Origin: Bdellovibrionales bacterium
GTDB taxonomy: Bacteria; Bdellovibrionota; Bdellovibrionia; Bdellovibrionales; UBA840
Direction: 5' to 3'
Length of the DNA stretch: 11,278 nt
NCBI GenBank assembly: GCA_037969075.1
Contig: JBBKWS010000002.1
Coordinates: forward strand, 1-11,278
Made by a program: the position numbers and the translations under genes. Of this stretch, positions 6,064-11,278 are shown piece after piece. Numbering within the stretch: position 1 is the first letter of the stretch; each line of letters begins with the position of its first letter. Under the pieces are notes generated by a model. That model made no database searches. It was given only the letters and a program-made list of their open reading frames with translations, and had not been told where the DNA came from.

Positions 6064-7779
6064 ATGAAGTTATATCTAATCGCATCTGCGTTGTTCTTTT
6101 TTAGTTCTCATGTCTACGCTCAACCAACACAAGAAGAAACACAAACACAAAAAGTGGCCAGTTACTGGAAAGCAGCTAATTTACAAGATAGCGAGATTAA
6201 ACGATATATTAATGAGGCCACTTGCTCCTCGGACCAACAGGTCTACTTTGGCTGCTTTAGTGCCGTGTCTACACTGGTTGCAGCGGTAAATGAAAATGCT
6301 AATTTGATTTTATCACAGTTGCCAAGTAAACCTTGGGAGACAGGTGCCTTGATATCATACAGCAAATTTGAAGTTCGTAGCTTTAACCCCGAGTTATTTC
6401 CCAAAAAGAGAAGCCTTGAAGAACGACAACAATCCCTAAAAGAAGAGGAGAACGCTAGAAAATTAGTCGCTTCCTTATATAAGGACAAAAGTAATTCGCA
6501 AGAGTTGATTAAAATATTAGATGATAGCTTAGCAAAGTTAACCGTAGAAAAACGATCGCAAACAATTGCTATGGCTGTACAAAGCTACTTTGTTTATGGA
6601 GTAGATGCGCACGCTCACCTTCATACACCATCAGAACATCGGGACATGATGAATCCTGAGATCATTAATGAGACCTTTTACGGTATCGGTGCGACCTTAA
6701 TGCAAAATGATGAGCAGATACAAATCACCGAACCTCTTCCAAACTCCCCTGCTTTTAAGGCGGGTATACAAGTTGGCGATGTTATCACTGGCGTAAATGG
6801 TGCTTCTGTTTTGGGTGAAAAACTTGACAAAGTTGTCGCAAAAATCAAGGGCCCAAAAGATACCAATGTACAACTAACCATTCAAAGAAAAGACAAAGAG
6901 TTAATTTTTAATATCACTAGGGGCGCTGTGACCGTTGAAAATCTTTCTACTCGAGTATTAGAAACTAAAAAGAAAGAGAAAGTTGTTTATGTTCAATTGC
7001 GAACATTTATGGAAAATGGTATTTGCAATAAGTTTATTAACACAATCGAAGAAAAATTAAAATCTGAGAATACGTCTAACTTAATCATTGATTTAAGAAA
7101 TAATGGTGGCGGTCTAATGGATGAAGCCCTATGTATGGCAGGCGCTTTTTATCGTCAAGATGGACCTTTGTTGAAAGTATGGGATTTAAACCAAAATCGT
7201 TATGTACAAGAAATAAACTATAGTTTTAGCCGCTCGGCAGTGATGCAAATGGGCGCAGCGCAAGTACAAAACATTTCTTCTCTTTTAGGTGGCAAACAGG
7301 TCGTAGTTTTAATTAATGCAGGATCAGCCAGTGCTTCAGAAATCTTTGCAGGCATTATGCAAGACATGAATATTGGAATAACTGTTGGTATTAAGTCTTT
7401 TGGTAAGGCAACCATCCAAAGCCCTGGGTCTTACATGACTTCTGATAATACTGAACTAGTTATGTTTCGAACCATCGCTAGATTTCATTTACCCACAGGA
7501 AGAACAAATCAGATCTCTAGTATTAAAGCAGATGCCGAAGCTTACAACGAACCTAACCCTAAACCAGAACAAACATTTTTTATGCGAGAAGAGCAACTCT
7601 ACTCCCATGCCGTTAGATCAGCAGAGAATAATTATGTAACACCGGCGGGCGTAGCAAATAAGATTTCAATTTGTATGAAAGACACAAATCCTGCTGCAGA
7701 GTATGATCGAGAAGTTCAAGGTTCAGGATATGCTGATTATCAAAAACTAGTAGCGACTGAGTTAGCGGCCTGCTTATAA
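6064..7779 (+). CDS. S41 family carboxyl-terminal processing protease (CtpA-like) with PDZ domain
   Basis: Start moved from TTG6010 to ATG6064 (SD GGAGGGG; signal peptide ending VYA). PDZ 'GIGA...SPAFKAGIQVGDVI'; DLRNNGGG; catalytic Ser in SASASE; catalytic Lys in FGKA. Confidence 0.92.
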   Translation: MKLYLIASALFFFSSHVYAQPTQEETQTQKVASYWKAANLQDSEIKRYINEATCSSDQQVYFGCFSAVSTLVAAVNENANLILSQLPSKPWETGALISYSKFEVRSFNPELFPKKRSLEERQQSLKEEENARKLVASLYKDKSNSQELIKILDDSLAKLTVEKRSQTIAMAVQSYFVYGVDAHAHLHTPSEHRDMMNPEIINETFYGIGATLMQNDEQIQITEPLPNSPAFKAGIQVGDVITGVNGASVLGEKLDKVVAKIKGPKDTNVQLTIQRKDKELIFNITRGAVTVENLSTRVLETKKKEKVVYVQLRTFMENGICNKFINTIEEKLKSENTSNLIIDLRNNGGGLMDEALCMAGAFYRQDGPLLKVWDLNQNRYVQEINYSFSRSAVMQMGAAQVQNISSLLGGKQVVVLINAGSASASEIFAGIMQDMNIGITVGIKSFGKATIQSPGSYMTSDNTELVMFRTIARFHLPTGRTNQISSIKADAEAYNEPNPKPEQTFFMREEQLYSHAVRSAENNYVTPAGVANKISICMKDTNPAAEYDREVQGSGYADYQKLVATELAACL

Positions 7780-7783
7780 ACAG

Positions 7784-8470
7784 TTATAGCCTTTGACCAA
7801 ACACCAGGGAGCCGACACGAATGATTGTCGCTCCCTCTTCAATTGCTAACTGAAAGTCACTCGACATCCCCATAGATAAGTCCAAGGAGTTCATATCGAC
7901 CTTTAAAAGCCTAGCAAGATCTATGCGTATGCCATATAGATCACTAAAGCACTTTTTAATAACTGCTACATCACTAGTATTGGTAGCAATTGTCATAAGA
8001 CCACAGATCTTTATGTTCGGCATATTTAATATCTCAACGACAAGATTTTGCCAATCCGCAGGATTAACACCACTTTTTGTGGCCTCCCCTGAGGTGTTCA
8101 CTTCGATCAAAATATTTTGAACTAAACTTTGCATTTCTGCCTGTTTTTGAATTTCAGTGGCTAACGATATACGATCTACCGAGTGGATTAGGTTTACTTT
8201 TCCTACAATATCTCTAGCTTTGTTAGACTGAAGATGCCCAATGTAATCCCACTTAATCCCTTTGCCAGCCAAAGCTTCTTTCTTTTGTAGTAAATCTTGC
8301 ACTCGATTTTCACCAAAGTAAGAATATCCAGCTTTGATAGCTTCTTCTAATGTGGTAGTTGTTATAGATTTGGTGGCTAGTAGCACCTTAAGGTGACCCT
8401 TAGGTCGACCACTTGCCTGCAAGGATATATCGATCTGCTCTTCTAATTGACGTAGATTATTTGCTAACAT
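7784..8470 (-). CDS. yggS: YggS/PLPBP pyridoxal phosphate homeostasis protein
   Basis: ATK (PLP-binding Lys), GENRVQ, IGHLQSNK, IHSVD, GLMT, LSMGMSSD, IRVGSLVFG. ATG8470 (MLANNL...) fits the usual family N-terminus better than TTG8500. Confidence 0.95.
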   Translation of the reverse strand: MLANNLRQLEEQIDISLQASGRPKGHLKVLLATKSITTTTLEEAIKAGYSYFGENRVQDLLQKKEALAGKGIKWDYIGHLQSNKARDIVGKVNLIHSVDRISLATEIQKQAEMQSLVQNILIEVNTSGEATKSGVNPADWQNLVVEILNMPNIKICGLMTIATNTSDVAVIKKCFSDLYGIRIDLARLLKVDMNSLDLSMGMSSDFQLAIEEGATIIRVGSLVFGQRL

Positions 8471-8499
8471 GCGTCCTACTATATTAAAGTTAGGACGCA
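8470..8499 (-). promoter_or_regulatory. Hairpin covering the yggS translation initiation region
   Basis: Minus strand TGCGTCCTA-actttaatatag-TAGGACGCA(TG): a 9-bp perfect stem whose 3' arm holds AGGA and the A of ATG. No U-tract follows it on either strand. Confidence 0.55.
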
Positions 8500-8512
8500 A
8501 AATAAAGCAATT

Positions 8513-8683
8513 CTATCTGATTTTATCAATCTTTTCTAAATACTTTTGATGAGCTTTCCAAGTAGCATTTGACTCGTCACTTGCTACCTCTCGTTTTTCA
8601 CTGTCATCTTTCTCAACATGAGAACATGCAACAACAACATTACTCGTGAAAGTAATTAGTAGAATAAATAGTGCTTTCTTCAT
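8513..8683 (-). CDS. Small lipoprotein, 56 aa, missing from the ORF track
   Basis: Manual translation: MKKALFILLITFTSNVVVACSHVEKDDSEKREVASDESNATWKAHQKYLEKIDKIR*. SD GGGGGAG overlaps the upstream TAG; lipobox VVA-C20. Confidence 0.85.
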   Translation of the reverse strand: MKKALFILLITFTSNVVVACSHVEKDDSEKREVASDESNATWKAHQKYLEKIDKIR

Positions 8684-8691
8684 AACTCCCC

Positions 8692-9156
8692 CTATTCATC
8701 AAGGATGATTTTGGGCTTTCTGGGGCCCACTTCTGTTTTAGACTCTTTTTTAGGGTCTAGCATTTTCTCTTGAAGACGTTTTATGATCTCCATCTTAATA
8801 GTTAGATACTGCGAAAGCTCGGAATAGTTAAAAATTTTGGACATTTGTATTAATTCTTCTTGAGCTACATTATGATAGGCGTCAAGGGCCACTTTATATT
8901 TAGCAACCTGGGCTTTGGCACTGCTTTCTGTTTTCACATCTTTCATCTGTGCCAAGCTGGTGTCTATGTCTTGTAGAGCTTTTGCCTTTTTCTCGTTCAA
9001 CTGACGAACAGTTGTATTAAATGCCTCTTCTTTTTCTGCGCTTAGCTTCATAGCTTCAGACATTTTCCATAAAAATAGCTCTTGAAAACGATCGGCCGCT
9101 TGCAATGGAAATGCAAACAGTAATACAAAAAAAACTATGCCTCGTCGCAGTTGCAT
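8692..9156 (-). CDS. Periplasmic helical protein, Spy/CpxP/heavy-metal-sensor-like
   Basis: Signal peptide ending LQA; 'MKLSAEKEEAF' and 'IFNYSELSQY' resemble the two degenerate LTxxQ repeats flanking long helices; SD AGGGAG; position downstream of ECF and anti-sigma genes. Confidence 0.65.
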   Translation of the reverse strand: MQLRRGIVFFVLLFAFPLQAADRFQELFLWKMSEAMKLSAEKEEAFNTTVRQLNEKKAKALQDIDTSLAQMKDVKTESSAKAQVAKYKVALDAYHNVAQEELIQMSKIFNYSELSQYLTIKMEIIKRLQEKMLDPKKESKTEVGPRKPKIILDE

Positions 9157-9168
9157 GATGTAAACTCC

Positions 9169-9573
9169 CTAGAATATTTCTCTTAGGAAACGTTCTTTTT
9201 CGCTGTCTTGTAATTTAGCTAGTCTTCTATTCATTAATCCTAAATACATATCTTCTTTGGTCTGATAACTAATTATTGTCTCAGTAACATCTTCATTTTG
9301 TAGCGCCGCCTCTGTTGCCAAGGTATCAATTTTTGCCACTAATTGATTGTCAGTAATAAATATTTTTGTCTCTTGCAATAAGTGGTAACTTAAAAACACC
9401 ATTAAAAATATGGCCGCAACTTTGGCTAGACGCAGCCATGATTGCTCTTGTCTTTTTTCTTCAACCTGATCAATGCGACCCATAATTTGCGTATGCATCT
9501 TACGCAGGCGAAGATCGTCAATACCCTTATCAGGCTCTAAAGTTGTAAGCAGCAGTTTTTTAAACTCACTCAT
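9169..9573 (-). CDS. Putative anti-sigma factor, single transmembrane helix
   Basis: About 46-aa cytoplasmic N-terminus, TM segment 'WLRLAKVAAIFLMVFLSYHLL', short periplasmic tail. ATGAGTGA 8-nt overlap with the ECF sigma stop implies translational coupling. Confidence 0.7.
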   Translation of the reverse strand: MSEFKKLLLTTLEPDKGIDDLRLRKMHTQIMGRIDQVEEKRQEQSWLRLAKVAAIFLMVFLSYHLLQETKIFITDNQLVAKIDTLATEAALQNEDVTETIISYQTKEDMYLGLMNRRLAKLQDSEKERFLREIF

Positions 9574-10180
9574 AATTTGCCTCTTGCGGGTTTACTTCTA
9601 GTATTTGGTCTTCTTGATCAATAGCGGCCAACCAAGAACGCATACTTTCATCATTTTGAAACGTCTCTTTTAACTTCATAAGGGCATGGCGATAATTTGC
9701 TTTTGCCGTATCATAGGGGCACTTCATAATTGTGGCAATTTCAGCAAACGCTAAATCCTCAAATGCACGAAGGTGTAAAGCCGTTTTTTGTCTGTGCGGC
9801 AATTTGTCTATCTCTTCCGTCACTCGCTTCTTAACCACTTCAAGTATAAGAGCTGACTCTGCTTTTGCCGTTTCACCTAACTTTAAATTATCAATAGAAT
9901 AGGAAGCTTTTTTTGTACGCTTTAGCTTGTTCTTCGCCAAGTTAATGGCAATACGATATAGCCAGCTTTTAAAGCTAGAGCGTTCTTCGAAAGTATGTAT
10001 CTTCATATAAGCTCTCACAAAACTATCCTGGACAACGTCCTCAGCAATATCCTCACTACGCATAAATCGCACTAAAAACTGATATAGCGGCTTCTGGTGA
10101 CGGATCACGAGCTCACTAAACGCGAGCCTATCTCCATCTTTAACTTTTCCCACAAGCACGATATCTTCTAACGACTTCAT
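9566..10180 (-). CDS. ECF-subfamily RNA polymerase sigma-70 factor
   Basis: Region 2: 'GDRLAFSELV', 'AEDVVQDSF', 'FKSWLYRIAINLA'. Region 4: 'LPHRQKTALHLR...AFAEIATIM'. 204 aa. Confidence 0.95.
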   Translation of the reverse strand: MKSLEDIVLVGKVKDGDRLAFSELVIRHQKPLYQFLVRFMRSEDIAEDVVQDSFVRAYMKIHTFEERSSFKSWLYRIAINLAKNKLKRTKKASYSIDNLKLGETAKAESALILEVVKKRVTEEIDKLPHRQKTALHLRAFEDLAFAEIATIMKCPYDTAKANYRHALMKLKETFQNDESMRSWLAAIDQEDQILEVNPQEANYE

Positions 10181-10191
10181 GCGCCCCCACC

Positions 10192-10220
10192 TTAGACTAG
10201 GTATTTTACTATCCGGTTAA
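10192..10220 (-). promoter_or_regulatory. ECF-type promoter candidate (autoregulatory)
   Basis: Minus strand ttAACcggatagtaaaatacctaGTCTAA has AAC, 18 nt, then GTCTAA, the same geometry as GGAACTT-N16-GTCTAA; an A-tract lies immediately upstream. Confidence 0.6.
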
Positions 10221-10318
10221 TTTTTTTTCGGTTATTTATACTGATAGTTGAAGCTTTGAGTTGCTGTTTTTGAAAGAAACAGTGAATATAGGCATATAAA
10301 ATTTACAAGGAGATCCGT

Positions 10319-10567
10319 ATGATCAAGATATTAACACTTTTAATCACTTTAGTTAGCTCACTTGCCTTTGCCGAAGGTAATTTTGAAGAAAACAAGACAA
10401 GAACTCTTACATTTATTGGTGAAAGGGAAGCCACTATAGTGGCACATAAAGCCTGCGTAGAAAAAGCCACCAAACAAGAAGAACTAAGAGACTGCAACAA
10501 GGCACAAAGAATGGCCGCTATGAAACAAAAGCAAGGTATGAAGCGCGAGAAAAAAGAAACCAACTAA
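10319..10567 (+). CDS. Small secreted helical protein with a Cys pair
   Basis: SD AAGGAG; signal peptide ending AFA; 'ACVEKATKQEELRDC'; basic Met-rich tail. Confidence 0.85.
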   Translation: MIKILTLLITLVSSLAFAEGNFEENKTRTLTFIGEREATIVAHKACVEKATKQEELRDCNKAQRMAAMKQKQGMKREKKETN

Positions 10568-10575
10568 CAATATGT

Positions 10576-10609
10576 CCTTCTAACTTATAATAGAAATATA
10601 GTTAGAGGG
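10576..10609. other. Stem-loop downstream of the 82-aa gene
   Basis: CCTTCTAACT (10576-10585) pairs with AGTTAGAGGG (10600-10609) with one G-U; no clear U-tract. Confidence 0.45.
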
Positions 10610-10689
10610 CTCACATTCGTTGTAGTAAACGAATAATATTTACATGTTCCCATCTTTACTTATTAGTAAAATGATTATATCAGAATGGC

Positions 10690-10735
10690 CTACAGTAGTC
10701 CGACTGTAGACTTACTCTATCACTATCTCTATAAA
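10690..10735 (+). promoter_or_regulatory. Sigma70-type promoter with an inverted repeat overlapping the -35
   Basis: TAGACT (10707-10712), 17-nt spacer, TATAAA (10730-10735); CTACAGT-N6-ACTGTAG at 10690-10709; SD AGGAG at 10745-10749. Confidence 0.55.
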
Positions 10736-10754
10736 GACATAACCAGGAGATATA

Positions 10755-11231
10755 ATGAAAAAAACAATTATTTCTATATTACTACTAACTTTTACTTCTA
10801 TAAGTGCCCCTGCAGCAGGCCAAATAGAAACATACAAATTTCATGCATACACTTGTGAGGGCGAAAAGTTAACTTTAAAAGTTTTCGTTAAAAGCGAAGA
10901 CCTTTCTAACGGCACAGAAAATTCTCTTAAGTACATCAACACTGAGATAGATGTTTTGGCAGAGGATGGCTCGCTAGCAACTCTTTCTGCTACAGCAAAA
11001 ATTAGCCCCAATGGTTTAGAGTTAAAAAAATATCTAACAAGAGCTCTATGGGATAAAAAAGGATTCAAAATCAATCTAAAATATCCACCATTTGACATAG
11101 AAAACATGAATGCCTCAAGAGACCCTCTTCCAGTAACAATTACTGCGTATGATGGCAGTAAGTTAGTTTGTAATATAGAACCACTGTATCTGTCTTTACT
11201 TGGTATGTGGTCTAACAGCCTAGAAGAATAA
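10755..11231 (+). CDS. Secreted hypothetical protein
   Basis: SD AGGAG; signal peptide MKKTIISILLLTFTSISAPA; two Cys; no recognisable family motif. Confidence 0.82.
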   Translation: MKKTIISILLLTFTSISAPAAGQIETYKFHAYTCEGEKLTLKVFVKSEDLSNGTENSLKYINTEIDVLAEDGSLATLSATAKISPNGLELKKYLTRALWDKKGFKINLKYPPFDIENMNASRDPLPVTITAYDGSKLVCNIEPLYLSLLGMWSNSLEE

Positions 11232-11278
11232 AAAAATTTAATTTAGAAAAATAAAGGCGTGAGTTACTGACCCTGTAG

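Noticed and set aside
5554..7415. Minus-strand ORFs 5554-5787, 6243-6488, 6678-6881 and 7218-7415
   Set aside because: Antisense shadows of the aminopeptidase and S41 genes.
7923..8120. 65-aa plus-strand ORF
   Set aside because: Antisense within yggS.
8471..8500. TTG8500 start for yggS, and the hairpin as an intrinsic terminator
   Set aside because: No SD before the TTG and the extension is not family-like; the hairpin has no downstream U-tract on either strand.
10303..11107. Minus-strand ORFs 10303-10563 and 10841-11107
   Set aside because: Antisense to plus-strand genes that have a clear SD and signal peptide.
1..11278. CRISPR array, IS/prophage, tRNA/rRNA or anti-phage defence island (prompted by the PIN nuclease-ATPase fusion)
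   Set aside because: No spaced direct repeats, transposase, integrase or structural RNA signatures were seen. PIN-PhoH is a widespread chromosomal family and its neighbours are envelope or housekeeping genes.

Overview
AT-rich bacterial chromosomal window with no mobile elements, RNA genes or CRISPR array that I can see. The gene mix and the many small secreted Cys-containing hypotheticals resemble Bdellovibrionota; this is an inference, not a confirmed assignment. In order, it contains: a 5'-truncated secreted tandem EthD-like protein; a PIN-PhoH (PhoH2/YlaK-type) gene; a secreted hypothetical; a stand-alone PilZ gene behind a near-consensus sigma28 (FliA) promoter; a divergent run of TonB-family protein, small outer-membrane beta-barrel, HExxH aminopeptidase and S41 (CtpA-like) protease; a convergent minus-strand cluster of ECF sigma, single-TM anti-sigma candidate, Spy/CpxP-like periplasmic protein, an unannotated 56-aa lipoprotein and yggS; and two more secreted hypotheticals. 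Nothing here is demonstrably a new system. The best leads are the five-gene ECF envelope-stress cluster (candidate autoregulatory promoter, hairpin over the yggS start), the FliA-driven PilZ protein with a duplicated N-terminal motif, the 59-nt dual-coding overlap between the barrel and the aminopeptidase, and the structured or operator-like phoH upstream region.
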